A stretch of 44,660 bases of DNA from Methanobacteriota archaeon (lineage in GTDB: Archaea; Thermoplasmatota; Thermoplasmata; SG8-5), in the NCBI GenBank assembly GCA_030670795.1, contig DAOVAY010000002.1, positions 1 to 44,660 on the forward strand. Reading direction: 5' to 3'. The translations under genes and the position numbers were made by a program. The notes beneath the pieces were generated by a model. That model worked only from the letters and a program-made list of their open reading frames with translations, did no database searches and was not told the origin of the DNA. Positions 1 to 8,236 of the stretch are shown here, piece after piece; position 1 is the stretch's first letter; each line of letters opens with the position of its first letter.

Positions 1-120
1 GATGTTGTGGACTGGACCTATGGAAATCTCATTTTCAACAGTCCCCGCACTAACCACAATCACACTCAAAAGCATCAGTGTTCCCACAATAACTACAGCA
101 CTTTTCTTCATTCGACTCAT
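1..120 (-). CDS. partial CDS: N-terminal signal peptide of a secreted protein; the rest lies beyond the left edge
   Basis: A minus-strand ATG at 120..118 (second ATG at 111..109) opens a frame that stays open to position 1. It reads MSRMKKSAVVIVGTLMLLSVIVVSAGTVENEISIGPVHNI: a basic N-terminus followed by a hydrophobic helix. It is absent from the ORF track only because fewer than 60 aa fall inside the window. Confidence 0.45.
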   Translation of the reverse strand, partial: MSRMKKSAVVIVGTLMLLSVIVVSAGTVENEISIGPVHNI

Positions 121-218
121 CTCCAGAGTTGTACATATCTAATATTTTGAATTATTTAAAGATTCCTCTAAATTGTATCATGTGGTAATGATTTTCATTA
201 TTATTTTGTTAATATCCT

Positions 219-695
219 TTACCAATCCACAACCCAAACAGAATCCGCAGGGACGTGCACCCAGTAGCCTTCACCGGGCTTCATCATGTAAGAATCAGAA
301 AGCTGGGTTAGCCTATATGGATTCATCGCATCGTACCCTACTACTGTATCATAACCTGTTCCAGCAAGGGCGTCGGCGATCGTCTTCTCGGAGAAAGCAG
401 GATAGCTGACAAGGTTCCACCCCGTGTACAGATTGATAATCGTAGAGGTTGGAATAGGCCCAGTGACAGTCAAATTAACATTAGGTTCAGTGATGTTAAT
501 CCAGAATCCAACTTTGTGATTTATTGTATCAAAATCGTTCAGAGAATCTGGTTTGTAGGTGTTGTGCGACTTCCAAGGTTCAGGGCTTAGAGTGTCGTAG
601 GTTTGGATGATGTCCCATTTACCGTTGATTGAGCTGAACACTTGGTCTATTGATTCGTTGGATTGTTCAAGTGGTATGGAAATAAGATTCCAGCC
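219..695 (-). other. shared C-terminal module (CTD), copy 1 (158 aa)
   Basis: GWNLISIPLEQ...KVGFWINITEP...GWNLVSYP...KPGEGYWVHVPADSVWVVDW-stop. It aligns over its full length with the seven other copies. Confidence 0.85.
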
Positions 696-3600
696 CATTT
701 GCAGAGGTATCTCCACTGCAGTGTCGATTACATTTAAATTAACGTAAATGACAACGGAATCTTCGTTCGGATCGTTGCTTTGGATAGTGAAATTAGCCTG
801 GTAGAATCCCAGAGTAAGTGTTGTGGTATTTACGGTGACAGTGTGATTTGCATTCTCAAAGGGAAGGAGAGAGCCAGTTAATGGAGACACAGTTAACCAA
901 TCAGGCCACAATGTATTGTTTCCTATTTGAATGTCATCTATCCACATGTAATCAGGATTGCCGACAGAGCTTATTCCAAATTGGAGAGATTTAATGTCCG
1001 AAGACGGACTCCTAAACCCTCCATCATCTATAATTAATACGCCATTATGCCAACAATCAAAGGTGTTGTTGTTAAAGTCATGTATAATTATCATATCATT
1101 CCATGAGTTGGCAACGTAACTAACTCCAGTATTTATCCAGCTTCCTGCATAATATTTAATAAAGCCGTCATCTCTAAATCCTATATATGCAGCAGTTTGA
1201 CTATCGTCAAAATTACCAACGCTATTCTGAGTGAGAAGATATCCAAATATAGTCGTGCTAGTTGGATATACACTGAAATAATATGGTTCATCAGTAAACC
1301 CTCCGGGGATGTCATGATGGCAGAAACCGAACCATACGGAAGGGCTTAGTAAATACATGCTGTGCGGTCCGGATTTCGAACGCTGGTCATCAACTTCACA
1401 CGCTAGTGGAATATAATTTGACTGTGTGTCAGGCACCCAATTAATCGGTGGACTTGTGCCCTCTACCTCACTATCAAAATTGTCACTAAAGAAAATATTA
1501 GATTGATAATCTCCTATAATATCGTAATAGAGATCTGCCAATCCATCGTTTCCAACAGATAGATCATCTGAATCCGTCATTCCTGTCTGAACAACAAAAT
1601 CAAATCCACTAGGGCTTACCCTGATATCGGGTTGGTCAGTGATGTTGACGGTCATGTTCAACCAGTTGTTCAAGGTGAATGTCTCTCCTGCCACTGGGAC
1701 GGCGTACAGGGTCAACGTGTATTGGGCTGCTAGGGGCGGTACCCACCCAAAGGATACTGTATCTTGGCTTCCTGAGAGAATGCTCGATATCACAGTAGAA
1801 TTCTCCAGCCCGAAGTCCACGAGCAGCCTGACTTCAACGTTTGTCTCCTCATTCAATCCCAGGTTCAGAATTGTACCATTCACCCATTGTTTCTTTCCTG
1901 TATCCAAATTGCCTTCTATGGTCATGTCATGGATACAGATATCATGGGGCGCAGAAACGACTGTCAGGTTGACAGGTACTATTGTAGGGTCCTCCTCAGG
2001 ATCATTGTTCAAGATTGTGATATTGGCGTGGTAAAGGCCCGGTGTTAGGGTCGTGGTGTTCACCATCACTGTGTGGTTGACAACTCCAAAAGGAGCAATT
2101 GAGCCTTTAAGGGGAGTCACAGATAGCCAATCAGGCCAAATGGGAGTTTTATTTGCTATTTGAATGTCATCTATCCACATGTAATCAGGATTGCCGACAG
2201 AGCTTATTCCAAATTGGAGAGATTTAATGTCCGAAGACGGACTCCTAAACCCTCCATCATCTATAATTAATACACCATTATGCCAACAATCAAAAGTATT
2301 GTTGTTAAAGTCATGTATAATTATCATATCATTCCATGAGTTGGCAACGTAACTAACTCCAGTATTTATCCAGCTTCCTGCATAATATTTAATATTGCCG
2401 TCATTTCTAAATCCGATATATGCAGCAGTTTGACTATCGTCAAAATTACCAACGCTATTCTGGGTGAGAAGATATCCATATATAGTCGTGCTAGTTGGAT
2501 ATACACTGAAATAATATGGTTCATCAGTAAACCCTCCGGGGATGTCATGATGGCAGAATCCGAACCATGTTGAAGGGCTTCGTAAATACAAGCTGTGCGG
2601 TCCGGATTTCGACTGCTGATCATCAACTTCACACGCTAGTGGATTATAATTTGTCTGTGTGTCAGGCACCCAATTAATCGGTGGACTTGTGCCCTCTACC
2701 TCACTATCAAAATTGTCACTAAAGAAAATATTAGTCTGATAATCTTCAATAATGTTATAATTAAGGTCTGCCAATCCATCGTTCCCAATAGACAGATTAT
2801 CTGAATCCGTCATTCCTGTCTGAACTACAAAATCAAATCCACTAGGGCTTACCCAAATATCAGGTTGGCCAGTGATATTGACTGTCATGTTCCGCCAGTT
2901 GTTCAAGGTGAATGTCTCTCCTGCCACTGGGACGGCGTAAAGGGTCAACGTGTATTGGGCAGCTAGGGGCGGTACCCACCCAAAGGATACTGTGTCTTGG
3001 CTTCCTGAGAGAATGCTCGATATCACAGTGGAATTCTCCAGCCCGAAGTCCACGAGCAGTCTGACTTCAATATTTGTCTCATTGTTCAATCCTTGGTTCA
3101 GAATTGTACCATTCACCCATTGTTTCTTTCCTGCTTCCAAATTGCCTGCTATGGTCATGTTATAAATACAGATATCGTGGAATGTGGAAAGGACTGTTAG
3201 GTTGACTGGCACAATCGTGGGATCCTCGTCAGGGTCATTGTTCAAGATTGTGATATTGGCCGTGAAATAGCCGGGAGTCAGAGTGGTGGTGTTCACCATC
3301 ACCGAGTGATTGACAGCCCCAGAAGGTGCGATTGAACCGCTACCAGGCGATACAGTGAGCCACTCAGGAAGACCAAAGCTAGCATTTTTAGTCAACCAAT
3401 TTGCGGAGTTCAACATCAGCTTTAACAAGTTAGGGTCGGTCCAAGCGTTAAAAAAGCTATCTTTGCCAACGGTAGCGAAATGGACAGCCATGCCAGAGCC
3501 GTAACTCCTGAAGCCCACTTCATCGTTGGCCATGCTACCGTCAACAACGACAGTGGTGCTAGCGTTGGCGGTCATCACACCGAAAGAATGTGGAACGGTC

Positions 3601-4229
3601 GTAAAGGGCGAGGGAACTCCATCGGTTATAGGATGTGACATCACGATCGTGCATGTCTCATCACCGTTGTTGCCACCACCCCTGGACATTGGAAGCATGG
3701 GAGCGATGGTGGAATATCTGCCATTTTGGACATGATAACCTATCCATTCGGTCATTATTATGCCGCCGCCGTTGTTGACGTAATTTTCTATTGAGGTCTG
3801 GCCAGCAGCGGGCATGTCATCGTTATAATCATCACCCAAGAACAATATCACAAGGTTGAAGTTAGAAGGATCAGGTGAGCCGGTATAGGTGGAAGGTACA
3901 CCAGCCTCCGTTACATTGAAGCCGTTTGCGACAAGGGCGTTGATGGCCTCTGTGGACCCGGAGGGCGCTCCATCCAGTAAGAGCACTTTATTTGCCCCCC
4001 CTGCCCCTAATATTAAATAATTCAAATCAGTGGTTCCATTATTTCCTATGGTCAGAATGTCGGTATCTGTTTGCCCTAATTCGACTGCGAAATCGAAACC
4101 ACCAGGATTTACCCAAATATCCGGTTCTGCATTCTGGGCTATTTGTATTAATTCACCTGAGCCAATCGCTGGTGTAGCCATGCTGATAAGCATAACCGTA
4201 CAAACTATGAAAGGGCTAATCTTTCTCAT
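219..4229 (-). CDS. large secreted modular surface protein: suspected class-I GATase/ThuA-like N-domain, 2 x 411-aa tandem repeat of Ig-like + CARDB-like + jelly-roll (LamG-like) modules, and the shared C-terminal module (CTD)
   Basis: The track ORF is 219..4268. I prefer the ATG at 4229 (M14): it is preceded by GTTGAGGAGGAAGAG (a GAGGAGG RBS) and gives the signal peptide MRKISPFIVCTVMLISMATPAIGSGE. The protein is rich in N-x-S/T sequons and ends ...MKPGEGYWVHVPADSVWVVDW-stop. Confidence 0.85.
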   Translation of the reverse strand: MRKISPFIVCTVMLISMATPAIGSGELIQIAQNAEPDIWVNPGGFDFAVELGQTDTDILTIGNNGTTDLNYLILGAGGANKVLLLDGAPSGSTEAINALVANGFNVTEAGVPSTYTGSPDPSNFNLVILFLGDDYNDDMPAAGQTSIENYVNNGGGIIMTEWIGYHVQNGRYSTIAPMLPMSRGGGNNGDETCTIVMSHPITDGVPSPFTTVPHSFGVMTANASTTVVVDGSMANDEVGFRSYGSGMAVHFATVGKDSFFNAWTDPNLLKLMLNSANWLTKNASFGLPEWLTVSPGSGSIAPSGAVNHSVMVNTTTLTPGYFTANITILNNDPDEDPTIVPVNLTVLSTFHDICIYNMTIAGNLEAGKKQWVNGTILNQGLNNETNIEVRLLVDFGLENSTVISSILSGSQDTVSFGWVPPLAAQYTLTLYAVPVAGETFTLNNWRNMTVNITGQPDIWVSPSGFDFVVQTGMTDSDNLSIGNDGLADLNYNIIEDYQTNIFFSDNFDSEVEGTSPPINWVPDTQTNYNPLACEVDDQQSKSGPHSLYLRSPSTWFGFCHHDIPGGFTDEPYYFSVYPTSTTIYGYLLTQNSVGNFDDSQTAAYIGFRNDGNIKYYAGSWINTGVSYVANSWNDMIIIHDFNNNTFDCWHNGVLIIDDGGFRSPSSDIKSLQFGISSVGNPDYMWIDDIQIANKTPIWPDWLSVTPLKGSIAPFGVVNHTVMVNTTTLTPGLYHANITILNNDPEEDPTIVPVNLTVVSAPHDICIHDMTIEGNLDTGKKQWVNGTILNLGLNEETNVEVRLLVDFGLENSTVISSILSGSQDTVSFGWVPPLAAQYTLTLYAVPVAGETFTLNNWLNMTVNITDQPDIRVSPSGFDFVVQTGMTDSDDLSVGNDGLADLYYDIIGDYQSNIFFSDNFDSEVEGTSPPINWVPDTQSNYIPLACEVDDQRSKSGPHSMYLLSPSVWFGFCHHDIPGGFTDEPYYFSVYPTSTTIFGYLLTQNSVGNFDDSQTAAYIGFRDDGFIKYYAGSWINTGVSYVANSWNDMIIIHDFNNNTFDCWHNGVLIIDDGGFRSPSSDIKSLQFGISSVGNPDYMWIDDIQIGNNTLWPDWLTVSPLTGSLLPFENANHTVTVNTTTLTLGFYQANFTIQSNDPNEDSVVIYVNLNVIDTAVEIPLQMGWNLISIPLEQSNESIDQVFSSINGKWDIIQTYDTLSPEPWKSHNTYKPDSLNDFDTINHKVGFWINITEPNVNLTVTGPIPTSTIINLYTGWNLVSYPAFSEKTIADALAGTGYDTVVGYDAMNPYRLTQLSDSYMMKPGEGYWVHVPADSVWVVDW
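730..3372 (-). repeat. in-frame tandem duplication with a 1233-nt (411-aa) period: two full units plus a diverged partial third
   Basis: The string tgaatgtcatctatccacatgtaatcaggattgccgacagagc... occurs at 928 and again at 2161, an offset of 1233 nt. Long stretches such as 1621-2100 vs 2854-3333 are roughly 90% identical by eye. The Ig-like unit WL(T/S)V(S/T)P...NDP(D/E/N)ED...VNL(T/N)V appears three times in the protein. Confidence 0.85.
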
Positions 4230-4282
4230 CTCTTCCTCCTCAACTAAAGAATATATGTATAATCTCATTCTTTAGTCTTTCG

Positions 4283-4759
4283 CTACCAATCCACAACCCA
4301 AACAGTATCCGCGGGAACGTGCACCCAGTAGCCCTCGCCGGGCTTCATCATGTATGAATCCGACAAGGGACTGATATGATACGGTGCACTTGCATTGAAG
4401 CCCTCCACGGCATCGTATCCTGTACCTGCCAGGGAGTCGGAAATGCTTTTTTCAACGAGAGAGGGATAACCTATAAAGTCCCAACCTGCCGTCAACGGTA
4501 TTGAAAGAGTTGAATTGAATTTATCTCCCTTAACGGTAAGCGTTACTCCTGGCTCGGTGATGTTTATCCAGTAAGCCCGCAGATGGTTCATCTCCTCTAA
4601 ATCGTTCAATGATGCAGGTCGGTTTATGTTATTTGATATCCAAGTTGAATCAGTGGAATTATATGTCTGGATGTAGTCCCATTTTCCCGCGATACTTACA
4701 AGGACCGAATCTATTGACCAGTTAAGTTGGCGGACTGGTAAGGAAATCAGGTTCCAGCC
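4283..4759 (-). other. shared C-terminal module (CTD), copy 2 (158 aa)
   Basis: GWNLISLPVRQ...LRAYWINITEP...GWDFIGYPSLVEKSISDSLAGTGYD...KPGEGYWVHVPADTVWVVDW-stop. Confidence 0.85.
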
Positions 4760-6103
4760 TTCTTGGAGTGGGATGTCATGTTCGGTATATTCGAATGGAG
4801 CCATCAGAGGGTATTCATCAACGTTAGAACCACCCTGGATATTCGCGTATTTCGTGTCGCCAATGCCGTCGCTGCCTGGTTGATCCTGGTCAGGACCGTG
4901 ATATAAGTCAATACCGGTGTAATCGGACCAATAGTTACCGCCGGAGGGGTAGCTGTCATCCCAGAAGTTGTTACCTAAATCCCATCCTTGGTCAGTGTTG
5001 GTGATGAGGTTGTTGTGATAGATCCTGTTGTTGCTGGAGGGTTCGAGATAGATGCCATTGTCGTTGTTTGAGACAGTGTTGTTTCGGATGGTGTTGTTGC
5101 TGGAGGATTCGAGATAGATGCCATTGTCGTTGTTCGAGACAGTGTTGTTCTGGATGGTGTTGTTACTGGAGGGGGAGTCGAGATGGAAGCCATACCAGTT
5201 GTACGAGGCACTGTTGTTCTGAATGGTGTTTCTGATGGAGGATTCGAGATAGATGCCATTGATGTTGTTTCTGTTTGCAGTGTTGTTCTGGAGGGTGTTG
5301 TTGTTAGAGGAGGAGAGGTAGATGCCATGCGAATTGTTAGTGGCATTGTTGTTTGCTATGATGTTATTATTGGAGTCGACAAGGAAGATGCCATTGACGA
5401 AGAAGTTTGTGTGTGCGGTGTTGTTCAGGAGGGTGTTGTTGTTTGAGAAGAAGAGATAGATGCCCTCCCAGCTGTTCCAAAAGACGGTGTTGTTTGCGAC
5501 TGTGTTGTTGCTGGATACAAGGAGGAAGATACCGAATCTGCTGTTCACAGAAACGATGTTGTCCTTCACTGTGTTGTTATATGATTGAAAGCCGAGGTAG
5601 ATTCCATGCCAGTTGTTCCAAGAGAACGTGTTGTTCAGGATGGTGATGTTGCTGGAGGGACCGAGATAAATACCATGTCGGTTGTTCGAGTTTGCCGTGT
5701 TGTTGGCGATTGTACCATTCTGGGTATTGTATAATATCAATCCAGTGTCCCAAAAATATTCTCCTGAATTACCGTTCGCATCATGTAAATAACAGTTCCT
5801 CACTACAAAATAATCTGTTGTATTCCCAATGTAAATACAATAGCCAAAACCATTACCGTTTATATCCCAATCATCAATTATCCAGGGATTCCAAATTGTA
5901 CCATTGCCAGTAGCCCAATTGACAACCCCATGGGCTGCATCAAATTCTGAATTGGAGTCAATTCTGATCGGAGCATGTGGAATATACGTCACTCCATTGT
6001 ATATAATCGCCTTTCCTTCAGTATCTTCACCCACATCTATTAAAATGAATGCAGAGCCGAACGTCAGCATGATGGAAAGCCAGATTACACAAATCCGTTT
6101 CAT
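4283..6103 (-). CDS. secreted right-handed parallel beta-helix (PbH1/NosD-like) protein with the shared CTD
   Basis: ATG at 6103 is preceded by an AGGAGG RBS. Signal peptide: MKRICVIWLSIMLTFGSAFILIDVG. About 12 coils of 22 aa follow the pattern NNTxxNNTxSxNxxxGIYLxxSS. A NosD-type end module follows (NFWDDSYPSGGNYWSDYTGIDL...GSDGIGD). The protein ends ...KPGEGYWVHVPADTVWVVDW-stop. Confidence 0.9.
   Translation of the reverse strand: MKRICVIWLSIMLTFGSAFILIDVGEDTEGKAIIYNGVTYIPHAPIRIDSNSEFDAAHGVVNWATGNGTIWNPWIIDDWDINGNGFGYCIYIGNTTDYFVVRNCYLHDANGNSGEYFWDTGLILYNTQNGTIANNTANSNNRHGIYLGPSSNITILNNTFSWNNWHGIYLGFQSYNNTVKDNIVSVNSRFGIFLLVSSNNTVANNTVFWNSWEGIYLFFSNNNTLLNNTAHTNFFVNGIFLVDSNNNIIANNNATNNSHGIYLSSSNNNTLQNNTANRNNINGIYLESSIRNTIQNNSASYNWYGFHLDSPSSNNTIQNNTVSNNDNGIYLESSSNNTIRNNTVSNNDNGIYLEPSSNNRIYHNNLITNTDQGWDLGNNFWDDSYPSGGNYWSDYTGIDLYHGPDQDQPGSDGIGDTKYANIQGGSNVDEYPLMAPFEYTEHDIPLQEGWNLISLPVRQLNWSIDSVLVSIAGKWDYIQTYNSTDSTWISNNINRPASLNDLEEMNHLRAYWINITEPGVTLTVKGDKFNSTLSIPLTAGWDFIGYPSLVEKSISDSLAGTGYDAVEGFNASAPYHISPLSDSYMMKPGEGYWVHVPADTVWVVDW
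5010..5780 (-). repeat. coding beta-helix coil repeats with a 66-nt (22-aa) period
   Basis: The periodic protein motif is x-N-N-T-x-x-N-N-x-x-x-x-N-x-x-x-G-I-[YF]-L. Two adjacent units, 5042-5107 and 5108-5173, match at 61 of 66 nt by my count. Confidence 0.8.
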
Positions 6104-6185
6104 CTGTTCCTCCTATTCTTGGAACCTATCGTTTTCTTATCTAATATAATTATCTCTATTTTGTATCATTCAAGAATCCTCTATT

Positions 6186-6216
6186 TTACCAATCCACAAC
6201 CCAAATGGTGTCCGCG
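6186..6216 (-). pseudogene. orphan 3'-terminal fragment of a CTD-family gene (encodes ...ADTIWVVDW-stop) with no gene body
   Basis: The plus strand reads ttaccaatccacaacccaaatggtgtccgcg. Its reverse complement translates as A-D-T-I-W-V-V-D-W-stop. The first 20 nt are identical to the 3' ends of the genes at 219 and 9512. Similarity is lost above 6216 and no ORF is attached. Confidence 0.6.
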
Positions 6217-6413
6217 ATTACTTGAAAAAAAGAAGAAAGAGGGTCGATTTTCTCGTAATTAAAAAAAAGGACATACCAGTATTTTATTTCTAATTTCCAT
6301 TATAACGTTAAAAAGTTGAAGCCACTGGAGGGCTTACATCCTGTCAGACTAAAGGAATGGAGTCTAAGCGCTTTCCGACACATTTTTAATGATAAATTGG
6401 CCCTTTACGGAAT

Positions 6414-6677
6414 TCATAACTGACCATGATGCTCTTTAATTATCCTGAGCCTGTATTCTATATCTGTTCTCAATATACCAATACGTAGATTCTTCATTAA
6501 TTTCATCTTGAAATTGTTAAAGTCAGTAATGGACACTCTCAATCCTACTAGTTTGTCCTGATAGCAAAAGACAACAACTGGTAAATCATCAATGATTACA
6601 GTGGAGTGAAATGTCCCTATATACTCCTGCCACGGTTCGAGTTGTTTAATCTCAATATTCATCTTTAATTCATTCAT
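6414..6677 (-). CDS. hypothetical small protein (87 aa)
   Basis: The ORF has a GGAGGTG RBS 5 nt upstream of the ATG at 6677. I recognise no motif. Confidence 0.5.
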   Translation of the reverse strand: MNELKMNIEIKQLEPWQEYIGTFHSTVIIDDLPVVVFCYQDKLVGLRVSITDFNNFKMKLMKNLRIGILRTDIEYRLRIIKEHHGQL

Positions 6678-6789
6678 TCTAACACCTCCGTCCCAAAAAT
6701 GGTAATAAAATGAAAAAGGGAGTGCGGGTGCTTACCCGCACCATTTTTAAGAGATTTTACACCGTCGTAGAAGTAAGTTGTTAGTACTT

Positions 6790-7401
6790 TTATGTTTCTT
6801 CTAGGATTATATTAATCTGGCTAATTAGTTCATTTTTTTGACTATCTTCAAAATAACCACAGATTTTTCCTATGTAATTCCCGTCTTTAAAAAACAACAA
6901 GGCGGGAAGTTCATCTAAATTATATTTTACAGCGATTGAATCATCAGTTAGTAATATTTTTCTGTATTTAATGTCCATTCCTTCAAATAACTCTTTAATA
7001 GGAATAGAATATAACAAGCACATAATAGAATCATCATTAAAAAACTCCACCGCAGCTAGTTTAGAGCACTCAAGGATTTGTATATTAAATTTATCCTGTG
7101 AGATCAAGAATCCTGGATGAACTGGTTGGGCGCCATACCTATCAATAAATAAATCTGAAATTATTCTAGAATCCTCTTCAATTTCCTTTTTGAATTTTAA
7201 AAATTCTTCATCTGTTTTTGCTACTTTAATTGCGTCAACAGGACATTCCTTTACACACAATTCACAATTTGTGCATTTCTCGTTATCTATCGCTATTGAT
7301 GACATCTCATCATCCCAGTAGAAAGCATGAGTTGGACATATCTCAATACCGCCACAGTCTTTCGAATTATCACATATTTTGAAATTTATAAGTACGGACA
7401 T
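6790..7401 (-). CDS. 2x[4Fe-4S] ferredoxin domain fused to a thioredoxin-fold domain that lacks CxxC
   Basis: Cluster motifs are CDNSKDCGGIEICP and CTNCELCVKECP. The C-terminal half has a thioredoxin-like LPALLFFKDG strand. The track start at 7425 is GTG. I prefer the ATG at 7401, which lies 24 nt downstream of an ATTTATAA box and so suggests a leaderless mRNA. Confidence 0.75.
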   Translation of the reverse strand: MSVLINFKICDNSKDCGGIEICPTHAFYWDDEMSSIAIDNEKCTNCELCVKECPVDAIKVAKTDEEFLKFKKEIEEDSRIISDLFIDRYGAQPVHPGFLISQDKFNIQILECSKLAAVEFFNDDSIMCLLYSIPIKELFEGMDIKYRKILLTDDSIAVKYNLDELPALLFFKDGNYIGKICGYFEDSQKNELISQINIILEET

Positions 7402-7425
7402 GTGAAGTTCTATTGGTTTATTCAC

Positions 7426-7530
7426 TTATAAATCTTTCTAGATGAAAACTAATATAACAGAAACTATTTATAAAGTAAATACCATTTCCTAGTATAAAAA
7501 TTTGAAAGGCAGGGGAATTGGAGGTAAAGG
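7426..7530. promoter_or_regulatory. divergent promoter region with TATA-like boxes for the 6790..7401 (-) and 7531.. (+) genes
   Basis: ATTTATAA lies on the minus strand at 7433..7426. On the plus strand, TTTATAAAG lies at about 7467-7475 and TATAAAAA at 7493-7500. A GGAGGT RBS sits at 7520-7525. The background is AT-rich, so the boxes are weak evidence. Confidence 0.3.
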
Positions 7531-8223
7531 ATGGCTTTACTTACTCAACCAAAAGAAGTAAAATATAAAATAATATTGACAGTAGTTCTCTCTGTAATTT
7601 TTACAACTATATTTATCTTGATGATTTTTCCAATATTAACAGAATATTTGGGAAGTCTTTCAGTTACAGAATTAGTTGCATTTATCGCGGTTTTGGTTTC
7701 TATTGTAGGTATAACATGGCAAATTATACTATATAAAATAAAAAATGTTCCAAGTGTTAATATTGAATTGATTGTTGAAATATCAACTCAAAAAAGGGTA
7801 ATTATTACAACAAAAATAATCAATGTTGGAGGTTCTGTTGTACAACCTAAACATATATATTTATTAATCGATGAAGGACTTCAAAAAGAAAAGAGAATCG
7901 AATTCCCAAAATTGACTGAGCATATAAAAGGAAAATCTGGAGTATTGGATGAATATTGTCAGTTAGTTAAATTTTGTCAGGATGCTGGAGTATCATATCC
8001 TAATCATTTAATCGCAGATGAATTCAAAGATTTGTATCATGACTGCCTCCGATTAAACCATTTATCAGATTCGATATTATATATTGCTCCAGGAGAATAT
8101 TTTTCAGAAGATGTTGTCTTTGCGATGCCAAAAAAAGGAGTATATAGAGTTATTGTCATATTAATTCCGAAAAATGCTGATTGCGTATGCACCAACAAAC
8201 AATTGATTATTGTGGACGATTAA
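7531..8223 (+). CDS. hypothetical membrane protein: two N-terminal TM helices plus a ~150-aa soluble domain
   Basis: A GGAGGT RBS precedes the start. Hydrophobic segments are IILTVVLSVIFTTIFILMIFPIL and LVAFIAVLVSIVGITWQIIL. The gene ends 13 nt before the radical SAM start. Confidence 0.7.
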   Translation: MALLTQPKEVKYKIILTVVLSVIFTTIFILMIFPILTEYLGSLSVTELVAFIAVLVSIVGITWQIILYKIKNVPSVNIELIVEISTQKRVIITTKIINVGGSVVQPKHIYLLIDEGLQKEKRIEFPKLTEHIKGKSGVLDEYCQLVKFCQDAGVSYPNHLIADEFKDLYHDCLRLNHLSDSILYIAPGEYFSEDVVFAMPKKGVYRVIVILIPKNADCVCTNKQLIIVDD

Positions 8224-8236
8224 GGGTGGTAGAGTG

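Noticed and set aside
219-290. The invariant C-terminal aromatic residue (…VVDW-stop) was considered as a bacterial outer-membrane beta-barrel (BAM) signal or a T9SS/PGF-type sorting tail.
   Set aside because: The context is archaeal. The module is a duplicated globular ~160-aa unit, not an amphipathic barrel, and it has no hydrophobic helix or basic tail. I cannot exclude a new kind of sorting signal, so the idea is kept only as a hypothesis in the findings.
730-3372. The near-identical 1233-bp units were considered as a template/variable repeat pair of a diversity-generating retroelement.
   Set aside because: There is no reverse transcriptase in the window. The two copies are adjacent and in frame in one gene, and the mismatches are of mixed types rather than adenine-specific.
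4975-5646. Periodic repeats and odd small ORFs (a Thr/Pro/Ser-rich 123-aa ORF and a Cys-rich 79-aa ORF, MCVRCCSGGCCC...) were considered as a CRISPR-like array or a Cys-rich peptide gene.
   Set aside because: The 66-nt periodicity has no unique spacers. It is the coding periodicity of the beta-helix coils, and the small ORFs are alternative-frame readings of the GTTGTT/AACAAC-rich repeats.
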